A model generated the notes under the pieces. That model was not told the DNA's origin. It searched no databases and saw only the letters and a list, made by a program, of their open reading frames with translations. Positions 26,817 through 34,251 of a stretch of 64,000 bases of DNA are shown in pieces. Both the position numbers and the translations under genes were made by a program. How positions within the stretch are numbered: position 1 is the first letter of the stretch; the number at the start of each line of letters is the position of its first letter. Source of the DNA: a virus (lineage: Duplodnaviria; Caudoviricetes); the IMG/VR virus record IMGVR_UViG_3300042317_000620, positions 1 to 64,000 of that record; one strand, 5' to 3'.

Positions 26817-27453
26817 AAATTTTTACTATTTCCTTTATAACATTTCTATCTTTTATAATTATATCATACATGGCAGTTCCAAATTTTATTATCCCATAAT
26901 CACTATCTATTTTATAATTTGATTGTTTATATATAAAAAATGAAATAAAATCTGTATTTATTTCTTGTAAGTTATGATCAATACAATCATAAGTAATATT
27001 TTTTTCAAATATTAAAAATGGAGTATCTTCATCTTGAACATTTTTGTATTCTATATTACACGGATAATCAAAAATCCATGGGACATAAAATCTAAATTGT
27101 TCGGGATAGACATGCTCATTTGGTAAAAAATTTTTTATTTTTGATGGATAGAACTGTCTTTGATGAGGTCTATCTAGAACATATCTGTAATCTTTATAAT
27201 CATAAAACCAAATATCCGCATGAGTTCTTTGTCTTAAAATAATCTCATCTTCTTTGTACGATATCAATTCTGGTTTTGGATACAAATATAAGACATAGTT
27301 ATTTACTGGTTTTAATATTAAATTTTTATATTTATCGTTGCTTAAAACTTTTTGAAAACTTTTCCAGTTTGACTTTACCATTGCTATATTTTGTATTTCA
27401 ATAAAAGAGTTAGAGTGACAATCAAGCCAAGATTTTGCTGGATATGGACTCAT
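26809..27453 (-). CDS. Hypothetical protein
   Basis: 214-aa ORF with SD AAGGAG directly after tRNA-Thr. Confidence 0.7.
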   Translation of the reverse strand: MSPYPAKSWLDCHSNSFIEIQNIAMVKSNWKSFQKVLSNDKYKNLILKPVNNYVLYLYPKPELISYKEDEIILRQRTHADIWFYDYKDYRYVLDRPHQRQFYPSKIKNFLPNEHVYPEQFRFYVPWIFDYPCNIEYKNVQDEDTPFLIFEKNITYDCIDHNLQEINTDFISFFIYKQSNYKIDSDYGIIKFGTAMYDIIIKDRNVIKEIVKIYE

Positions 27454-27466
27454 GTTTCTCCTTTCG

Positions 27467-27537
27467 AGCCTCTTGTAAGAATCGAACTTACGCCATCCGC
27501 TTACAAGGCGGAGGCACTACCACTATGCTAAAGAGGC
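27467..27537 (-). tRNA. tRNA-Thr(TGT)
   Basis: Reverse complement GCCTCTT...TCCGC-CTTGTAA-GCGGA...GTTCGATTC...AAGAGGC-T. Confidence 0.9.
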
Positions 27538-27543
27538 AATTTT

Positions 27544-27744
27544 TTAATGTTCCCATTTGTCTTCAATTATTTTAAATACAACTTGACAAGGATCTCCACC
27601 ATCATTCCATTCTTTGGCTTCTTCTTCTGTCATATAAGGATCTCCATCATGGGTATTACAAAATGGTTCTGTTATCCATCCCCGATCAATTCCATTATTA
27701 ATCCATATTTCAAACTCTAATTCTTCTGCTTTATCTATAGACAT
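27544..27744 (-). CDS. Hypothetical protein
   Basis: 66-aa ORF, GIDRGWITEPFCNTHDG...GGDPC. Confidence 0.7.
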   Translation of the reverse strand: MSIDKAEELEFEIWINNGIDRGWITEPFCNTHDGDPYMTEEEAKEWNDGGDPCQVVFKIIEDKWEH

Positions 27745-27753
27745 ATTATATCC

Positions 27754-28278
27754 TTAAATACTAACTGTATCAATTGGGCCCATACATGATGTTGAGAATT
27801 TAATTGCAGATGCAACTGCACCAATAGATCTTTTACGTGCGTCCTTTTGATTTTCTGTAGCAAACAAATATCCCATTGCATACGATGAGCCAGAACCCAT
27901 TGTAAGATATTCATTGTTATATTGAGTTAATGACATGTCTGCTGCACTATGTTCAAAGATTTCACCTTTAACGCAAATGATCATTCCAAAATCAGAATCT
28001 TTTGAAACGTCTACCCACCAATCATTATAAAAATCTCTAAGTTCTTTGATAAACTTTGTATACATAAATTTTTGTATATTGTTTCCAGTTGGAATAGATG
28101 GTTTAAAATTATGTCGAATGCGTTCGCCATCCATACTGCCTGCATAACCGATAATATACGGACCTAATTGCCAAACTTTTGGCGTGGAAGATGCAAGCAT
28201 CATATCATCATCAGATACACCACGTTCACCAGACATATAAATTTTATCTTCTTTACGAACAGCAACAATACAAGTCAC
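27754..28278 (-). CDS. Proteasome-beta/HslV-like Ntn hydrolase
   Basis: GTG start after AAAGGGG gives M-TCIVAV (N-terminal Thr); PKV, GYAGS, MGSGSSYAMGYL. Confidence 0.8.
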   Translation of the reverse strand: MTCIVAVRKEDKIYMSGERGVSDDDMMLASSTPKVWQLGPYIIGYAGSMDGERIRHNFKPSIPTGNNIQKFMYTKFIKELRDFYNDWWVDVSKDSDFGMIICVKGEIFEHSAADMSLTQYNNEYLTMGSGSSYAMGYLFATENQKDARKRSIGAVASAIKFSTSCMGPIDTVSI

Positions 28279-28306
28279 AAATACCCCTTTGATAGCACCT
28301 AAATCA

Positions 28307-28335
28307 ATTGTACCATCAGAGGGGTGTCGTGTCAA
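28307..28335 (-). promoter_or_regulatory. Promoter TTGACA-17-TACAAT
   Basis: tgtcaa 28330-28335 and attgta 28307-28312 on the + strand. Confidence 0.7.
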
Positions 28336-28364
28336 ACAACCCAGATTAGGATGTCCTATTTGTC

Positions 28365-28655
28365 CTATTTGCCCTTTTTATCTACCGCAGAAAATGCATT
28401 ATTGATCTCTTGAATGGTAAGTTTTCCGTCATCCAGAAAGCCCCTAGCGAGTCTCTCAACTACTGTTGCAACTCCTAATGTACCAGCCAAAATAACTGCT
28501 TCTACTGTGCTAATTCCTACTACTGCTCCAGCACCTATTACGGATAGTCCTGATGCTGCGAAAACTGCAATAATACGCATAAGAATATTATTAATACTTG
28601 CAATTGCGCCAGATCCAACTTGGGTAGGCTCTTCAATTTGTTTTGCTCTTGCCAT
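28365..28655 (-). CDS. Small membrane protein
   Basis: Long hydrophobic core; LDDGKLTIQEINNAF; SD GGAGG. Confidence 0.75.
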   Translation of the reverse strand: MARAKQIEEPTQVGSGAIASINNILMRIIAVFAASGLSVIGAGAVVGISTVEAVILAGTLGVATVVERLARGFLDDGKLTIQEINNAFSAVDKKGK

Positions 28656-28657
28656 AT

Positions 28658-28840
28658 TTAGCCCTCCTCTCTATTTCTTATTGGACTTGTGATTATCCAA
28701 AGAGTTGTAGTCGCTATGATTCCATAACCAACTATTGTTTTTGCACTACCATCTAATACTACCCAGGCAATAAACATTCCAAGAAGGGTCCATGCCTGAT
28801 CTATTAGATCTTTTATTATATTTTTTATTATTCTTACCAT
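28658..28840 (-). CDS. Small two-TM membrane protein
   Basis: AWTLLGMFIAWVVLDGSAKTIVGYGIIATTTLWII; overlaps the upstream stop. Confidence 0.7.
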   Translation of the reverse strand: MVRIIKNIIKDLIDQAWTLLGMFIAWVVLDGSAKTIVGYGIIATTTLWIITSPIRNREEG

Positions 28841-30978
28841 TTTCTTCCTCCTCTTGAACCTGGTGAATTTGCTCCTGAAGAGCCTCCCCCAGAACTTCCT
28901 CCGCTACCTGAACCTCCTGTAGCGCCACCTGCTGCTACTGCTGCTGCGTTAATTGCTGCACCTGTTGCAACAACTGTTGCCACAACCATATCTGTTGCTT
29001 CTTCTCGTTCTTCCTCAGTCATATCTGCACCAATACTTCCAAGGGCTGCTAATGCTGCTCCTGGGTCAGTAAATGCTGCTTCTAATAATGCTCCTGGGTC
29101 TTGAACTAATTCTATGTTTGCAGCAACTTCAGCAGTAATAATAAGTGCGTTTCCATTTTCGTCAGTGCGTAGTTCTACTGGTGTTTCTGGTGGAAGATCT
29201 GCGTATGAAACTCCAGATGCCTGTACTTCTGCTGCTGAAATTGATTCTCCTGGCTTAAGATCTTCTATTAGTGCTGCTACTACAACATCTTTTTGTTCTT
29301 CAGTTAATTCTTTACCATCTTTTGCATCTTCAAGTATTTCGTTTAATTCTTCTTCTTCTGCTTTTGCTTCTTCTTCAGCAGCCTTTTCTTCTTCTAATTC
29401 TTTTGCTTCGGCTTCTTCAGCAATTCTTTTTTCTTCTGCAAGTGCTTCAGCCTCTGCTTCTGCCTTTGCTTTTGCAATTGCTTCTTCTTCTGCTGCTATA
29501 CGCTCAGCCTCTGCCTTTGCTTCTTCTGCAAGTCTTTCTTCTTCCGCTATGCGCTCTGCTTCTATGCGTTCAGCCTCTGCTTTTGCTTCTGCTTCTGCTT
29601 TTTCTTCTGCTTCTTTAAGTTCTGCTGCAATGCGATCTGCTTCTTCTTGGGCTTCTATCTCTGCTTGAATTCTTGCTGCTTCAATCTCTGCTGCTTCACG
29701 GTCAGCCTTTTCTTTTAGTTCCAATTCTGCTTTAATTCTTTCTGCTTCTTGTGCTGCTTGAAGTGCTGCAATTCTTTCAGCCTCCGCTTGGGCTGCTGCT
29801 GCCTGGGCTGCAATCAATGCTGCTGTTTCTGCCTGTATCCTTGCTGCTTCTGCTTGTTGTGCTGCTGCTTGGGCTGCTACCTGTGCTGCAATTTCTGCTT
29901 CAGTTGGTCCAGTTGGTATTGTTACAGTTGCTGTTTCGCTAGGTGTAGGCGTTGTTACTGTTGTTGTTTCAGGTGTAGGTGTTGTTACAGTCGTTGTTTC
30001 AGGTGTTGGCGTTGTGACTGTTATTGTTTCAGGTGTAGGTATTGTTACTGTTGCTGTTTGAGAAGGGCTAGGGGTTGGAGTAGGGGTAGGCTCTGGAGCA
30101 GGGGCTACATATGTAGAACCAGTAACAACATTTGAATTTGCAGAGTAAAGGGAGAAGGTATCGTTATCTGATCTAATATGAAATGACCAGATTGTTCCTG
30201 CTGGCATAAGTCCATTTAGCAAGGAATGGTCAATTGTAATTGTTGTATTTAAAGAGTTTGGTCCGCCAACATTTCCAGTAGCAATTCCCCAACCATTACA
30301 TCCAGTACAATTAAAACTAATTGCATATCTTTCTGGTTGAGTGTTTCCAGTGTCTGGTGCTTCCCAACTTAAAACTGTTGATGTTTCTCCACTACTTATT
30401 GTTAAATTTCTTGGAGGTCCTATTGTTTTTACTACTGGGGCTGCCTGCGAAGTAAATGCTGATGCTGGAATAATATCCATAGATCCAGATTGATCCCAAT
30501 GAAGGAATACATTTGCTCCCCCGCCATTTTCATAATACATTAATTCTATTGTTTTGGGGACTCCTGCTGTGAAAGATATTGGATCAGTTGTAGTTCCTCC
30601 GCCACCTTTGTCAACCCAGTCATCTGCCACTAAAATTCCATCAATATACAGTCTTGTTCCATCATCTGCTGTTGCTAAAAATGATATATTCTGAGTCGCA
30701 TTACTAAGGATTGAACCAGTAAAACGTACGATAACATCCTCTGAGGGCCCACCTAAGACGCTACCACCACCCCACTGGAAGTCAATGTTGGGTACAGTGG
30801 TAGTCACGACTGGAGAGGCTCCCTGGGGTATGTAGGGAGAGCCATTTTGTCCCAGCACATTATAGACCTCAGCAGTTATGCCGTTAGTGTTTGTGGCACC
30901 TGCTTCTTCTGAAAATACAAAGAAGGAAGTGGCTAAAACTATACACAATACTACAAGGATTCGGGCAATCCGTTTCAA
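28834..30978 (-). CDS. Exported PA14 + Fn3 protein with Pro/Thr repeats, E/A coiled coil and hydrophobic C-terminus
   Basis: Signal peptide; IDFQWG..VRFTG..ADDGTRLYIDG..YYENGGGA (PA14); PRNL..LSWEAP..Y (Fn3); TTPTPET repeats. Confidence 0.85.
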   Translation of the reverse strand: MKRIARILVVLCIVLATSFFVFSEEAGATNTNGITAEVYNVLGQNGSPYIPQGASPVVTTTVPNIDFQWGGGSVLGGPSEDVIVRFTGSILSNATQNISFLATADDGTRLYIDGILVADDWVDKGGGGTTTDPISFTAGVPKTIELMYYENGGGANVFLHWDQSGSMDIIPASAFTSQAAPVVKTIGPPRNLTISSGETSTVLSWEAPDTGNTQPERYAISFNCTGCNGWGIATGNVGGPNSLNTTITIDHSLLNGLMPAGTIWSFHIRSDNDTFSLYSANSNVVTGSTYVAPAPEPTPTPTPSPSQTATVTIPTPETITVTTPTPETTTVTTPTPETTTVTTPTPSETATVTIPTGPTEAEIAAQVAAQAAAQQAEAARIQAETAALIAAQAAAAQAEAERIAALQAAQEAERIKAELELKEKADREAAEIEAARIQAEIEAQEEADRIAAELKEAEEKAEAEAKAEAERIEAERIAEEERLAEEAKAEAERIAAEEEAIAKAKAEAEAEALAEEKRIAEEAEAKELEEEKAAEEEAKAEEEELNEILEDAKDGKELTEEQKDVVVAALIEDLKPGESISAAEVQASGVSYADLPPETPVELRTDENGNALIITAEVAANIELVQDPGALLEAAFTDPGAALAALGSIGADMTEEEREEATDMVVATVVATGAAINAAAVAAGGATGGSGSGGSSGGGSSGANSPGSRGGRKW
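29911..30100 (-). repeat. 30-nt tandem repeats encoding TVT(T/I)PTPET plus a PTPTPSPS linker
   Basis: Four units at 29941-29970, 29971-30000, 30001-30030 and 30031-30060. Confidence 0.9.
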
Positions 30979-31039
30979 TTATCTCTCCTAATCAAACTGG
31001 GTAGTCTGATAGGATTATTATAACATTAAATTAAAAAAT

Positions 31040-31134
31040 GAGCAGTTTTTTACAGTCATACTCAGGACTATACCAGTTATTTAATGTCGCTGTCTCCCCC
31101 GACAAACCTGCGACTCCCCGATGAAGAGGTGCAG
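31040..31134 (-). ncRNA. Candidate structured RNA: two hairpins plus an H-type pseudoknot
   Basis: CUGC..CUCUUC/GGGGAG..GCAG; UGUCG/CGACA; UAUAGUC/GACUGUA whose loop GAGUA pairs with downstream UGCUC after an A6 linker. Confidence 0.55.
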
Positions 31135-31150
31135 AATTACATTGTACCGA

Positions 31151-31567
31151 TTATTTGATTTTAATTGATTTTGGTTTCTTTTCTTCTGGAATATTACGTG
31201 TAACTTTAACACTCAACATCCCATCAATTAGATCAGCGGTTGTTACTTCCATGTATTCACCAAGAGCAAATGAGCGAGTAAACTTTCTTGCAGCGATTCC
31301 TTTATGTAATACTTCTGCATCTGTTACTGTTACTTGTTCTCCCTTGATAATTAATGTTCCCTGATCTACTGAAATATCAAGGCTTTCTTTACTAAACCCT
31401 GCTACTGCTAGAGTAATAATATAGTTATCATTATCTAATTTAAGTAGATCATATGGTGGGAATCCACCTGCATTAATTGAATGTGCTTGGTTTAATCTGT
31501 CTAATTCCCGATTAAATCCAATAAAAAAGGGATCTTTAAAAAGATCCATAGCGAACGTTGTTACCAT
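31151..31567 (-). CDS. hsp20: Small heat shock protein (Hsp20/IbpA-like)
   Basis: FPPYDL, LAVAGF, LHKGIAARKFTRSF, DGMLSV, PEEKKPKSIKI. Confidence 0.93.
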   Translation of the reverse strand: MVTTFAMDLFKDPFFIGFNRELDRLNQAHSINAGGFPPYDLLKLDNDNYIITLAVAGFSKESLDISVDQGTLIIKGEQVTVTDAEVLHKGIAARKFTRSFALGEYMEVTTADLIDGMLSVKVTRNIPEEKKPKSIKIK

Positions 31568-31617
31568 TTCTTTCTCCTTTTCAGCGAGTTAATTTATATC
31601 CCCGTTAGGCGGATACT
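31568..31617 (-). promoter_or_regulatory. ROSE-like RNA thermometer 5' UTR of hsp20
   Basis: CUCGCU-GAAA-AGGAG hairpin (31588-31574) with a bulged G opposite the SD; 5' hairpin 31616-31596; TGtTATAAT just upstream. Confidence 0.7.
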
Positions 31618-31631
31618 ATATTATTATAACA

Positions 31632-31661
31632 CAAAAGGCAGGGAACTTATGTTACCCTGCC
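31632..31661 (-). terminator. Rho-independent terminator after 31678..33441
   Basis: GGCAGGG..AAC/GTT..CCCTGCC stem followed by TTTTGT on the minus strand. Confidence 0.75.
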
Positions 31662-31677
31662 CTAAGTGTTGGATTAT

Positions 31678-33441
31678 TTACTTCTTTAGTGCAACCTTAG
31701 CCTTTGGATTAGCCTTGTTCCACTTTGTAGCCAACTTGTTATAGTCAGCCTTTGCTTTTGCTGCTGCTGCGTCTGCAAGAGTCTTAGCAGTTAGCGCTTC
31801 TGCTGAAGCAGTAGCCTTAGCAAGCAAAGCCTCTGAAAGAGCCTTATCTGACAGGACTTTATCAGCCTTAAGTGTTGCAACTTCTGCCTTAAGACTATCA
31901 AAAATTCCTTGCATTGCATTGATCTGTGCAGCAAGTGCTGCAAGTGTAGCGTTTGTGCTAGAAGAAGAGTTTGACACTCTTGCTTGAGCAGTTACTAGAA
32001 CTTGACCAGTAAGTGGCAATGATGTTCCACCTGCTGCTGAAATAGTTACAGTGTTTTCTGTCAAAGGCATAAATACCTTGTATGACTTAACTGTTTCTGT
32101 ATCAGTTGTAATTGATGTTGCTGTAAGAACATCTGAACCTGAACCAAATGCATAGGTTGAAGTAATTCCACCTGTAGCAAATAGATTAGCATGAGTCTTT
32201 CCAGATACTGGAAGACCTGCTGCATCAAGAACCTGTACCTTAATAGTTGCTGCTTCTCCTGGAAGGTATACTTCCTTATCAAATGACAACTTAACTGTTG
32301 ATACTGCTGATTCTACACGAGCAGCAACTGGAACAGAAACAATAGTTCCTGCTGAGTTCTTGACTGTAATATTTGCTGATCCTGCCTTGATGCCAGTAAC
32401 TGTGAATAGTGCTTCACCGTTTACGATTGTTGCTGCTGTACCTGAATCAGATACTGTTGTAATATCGCTTGAATAAGCGTAAAGTGTTCCAGCACCGACT
32501 GTTACGCCTGATGCATCCTTTGCAACTGCCTTTACAGTAGTTGTATTTGCTCCAACTGCGATAACAGACTTAACTGGAGTTGCTACTATTGTAGCAATAT
32601 CTCCGTAGAATGTTACTTGCTCTGTTGCAATTACTGTTCCTGTAAGTGTTGAAAGAGTGATTGTTCCAACTCCTGCTGTACCGTCAGCAAATACACCAAT
32701 GTAGTTTCCTGTAGGAATTACCAGTGAACGACCAAGAGCAGAGATGGTTGTAGCGTTTGTGCCATATCCAATCAAACCTGTTCCTGAAACTGTTGCAAGA
32801 ATTGATTCAGTTGCTGGACCGCCTACTGCATTCCTAGGAGTAACAACAATAACTGCTGCTGCATCTGTAGATGTTGCCTTTGCTGCATAAACTGAAGCAT
32901 CTGTTGTCGCACTTGTGACTTCTCCTGCATTTAGGATTGATGTTGTATTTGAAGGAAATGGAGTTATATCCGCTGCCTTCACTGTTACTGTCCAAGATGC
33001 TGTTGGTCCATTGACTGGGCTAGTTGTTAAAATCTTAGCCTCATATGTTCCTGCTACTGTTGGAGCGCTCAAAGTTACCAAAAACTTTGCTGTTACATAT
33101 GTTGGAGCGTTAACTGTTGAGTTAATATTTGCTAAAACATTGCTGCCTGCAATTACTACTGAGGCTGTTGATGTTTCTAGAAGTGATAGGGTTGCAGACT
33201 TTGCTGATCCCGCTGGTTGTGAAAACATAGCAGAGATCACTGTTGCAGTATCTGCTGATGTTTCTGAAATAAATGACAATGTTACCACTGCTGTTGCGGT
33301 ATCTCCAGATGTCACAACGTCAGTCGCTGAGTCAATTGTAAGAGTTGGTGCATTAACAGCAGCACTTGTCGGAAGTGCTGTTAGTACGCCAAAAGACATT
33401 GCTGCAGCGATGCCTAGGGCGATTTTCTTAAATGAATTCAT
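31678..33441 (-). CDS. Secreted Ala/Thr/Val-rich Ig-like surface (S-layer-like) protein
   Basis: Signal peptide MNSFKKIALG...PTSA-A; tandem beta-rich domains (LSFDKEVYLPGE..VLDAAGLPV); C-terminal coiled coil and basic tail. Confidence 0.75.
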   Translation of the reverse strand: MNSFKKIALGIAAAMSFGVLTALPTSAAVNAPTLTIDSATDVVTSGDTATAVVTLSFISETSADTATVISAMFSQPAGSAKSATLSLLETSTASVVIAGSNVLANINSTVNAPTYVTAKFLVTLSAPTVAGTYEAKILTTSPVNGPTASWTVTVKAADITPFPSNTTSILNAGEVTSATTDASVYAAKATSTDAAAVIVVTPRNAVGGPATESILATVSGTGLIGYGTNATTISALGRSLVIPTGNYIGVFADGTAGVGTITLSTLTGTVIATEQVTFYGDIATIVATPVKSVIAVGANTTTVKAVAKDASGVTVGAGTLYAYSSDITTVSDSGTAATIVNGEALFTVTGIKAGSANITVKNSAGTIVSVPVAARVESAVSTVKLSFDKEVYLPGEAATIKVQVLDAAGLPVSGKTHANLFATGGITSTYAFGSGSDVLTATSITTDTETVKSYKVFMPLTENTVTISAAGGTSLPLTGQVLVTAQARVSNSSSSTNATLAALAAQINAMQGIFDSLKAEVATLKADKVLSDKALSEALLAKATASAEALTAKTLADAAAAKAKADYNKLATKWNKANPKAKVALKK

Positions 33442-33487
33442 TTTTCTCCTTGGTTTTATGTTATATCTGACATTTCGCCAGAATTCT

Positions 33488-33517
33488 ATTATAGCAGATG
33501 TGTGAAGTCTGTGTCAA
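33488..33517 (-). promoter_or_regulatory. Consensus promoter TTGACA-18-TATAAT with extended -10
   Basis: tgtcaa 33512-33517 and attata 33488-33493 on the + strand; 5' hairpin TCTGGC/GTCAGA and AAGGAG SD follow. Confidence 0.75.
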
Positions 33518-34251
33518 ACTAGACTTTGTTTTATTAACCTTAAAGTTCTTTTATTAAGACCACCCCGTACAAATTTATCATATAGGTATGACAAAGATCT
33601 GTTTGGGTCATGCCTTTTATATGTAGTAGTAGCATAAACAACATCTTCTAATTCCTGTGTCATATAAAATCTTTTAAGTTTAACATTATCGTGTGTTCTA
33701 AAATTAATATACATCAATGGGTCGCCTTTTTCAGATTTAATGTTTTTATCTAAATTATCATAAAATTGTAAGGCTGGATTGACTGGTCTAAACCATTTAG
33801 AAATATCATAACTTCCAGGAACTATGTACCCGTTATTACAAAAATTACTTTTGTGCATAAAAGGACTTAGTATTTCTATTTCAACAGGTTCTTCTGAAAA
33901 AAAGATATACCCTGGCATATAATTTAAATTATAAGTATCTTTGACTTGTAACACTCTATTCAGATATAAATCATCAAACGCCCTGTTACCTAAATTTAAA
34001 ACTCTAGATTTTTCAACCCTTACATTTAGATCTACTGGATTGGTCATCATATATAAATTTTTTGTATATTCTAAAAATGATCTACAGGAAAACATTGAAG
34101 CAATGTTTGGTATATCTTTATTACTTGTTTTCTTTAAATCTTTATAAACAGAAACAAGATTATCTTCTAATAAATCAATTGCTGCATTAGTGTTAAAGGT
34201 GTTTTCAACTTTTTCAAATGTTGGCTTGGATGCATAGTAAACAGTAATCAT
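33514..34251 (-). CDS. Phage hypothetical protein (distantly like 26091..26816)
   Basis: YIFFSEEP, VPGSYDISKWFRPVN, KGDPLMYINF. Confidence 0.7.
   Translation of the reverse strand: MITVYYASKPTFEKVENTFNTNAAIDLLEDNLVSVYKDLKKTSNKDIPNIASMFSCRSFLEYTKNLYMMTNPVDLNVRVEKSRVLNLGNRAFDDLYLNRVLQVKDTYNLNYMPGYIFFSEEPVEIEILSPFMHKSNFCNNGYIVPGSYDISKWFRPVNPALQFYDNLDKNIKSEKGDPLMYINFRTHDNVKLKRFYMTQELEDVVYATTTYKRHDPNRSLSYLYDKFVRGGLNKRTLRLIKQSLV

Noticed and set aside
29114-30135. Plus-strand ORFs rich in Ser/Ala, Leu or Cys
   Set aside because: Antisense shadows of the repetitive coiled-coil and PT regions of 28834..30978.
32915-33505. 196-aa plus-strand ORF
   Set aside because: Antisense shadow of the Ala/Thr/Val-rich surface protein gene; no motifs or SD.
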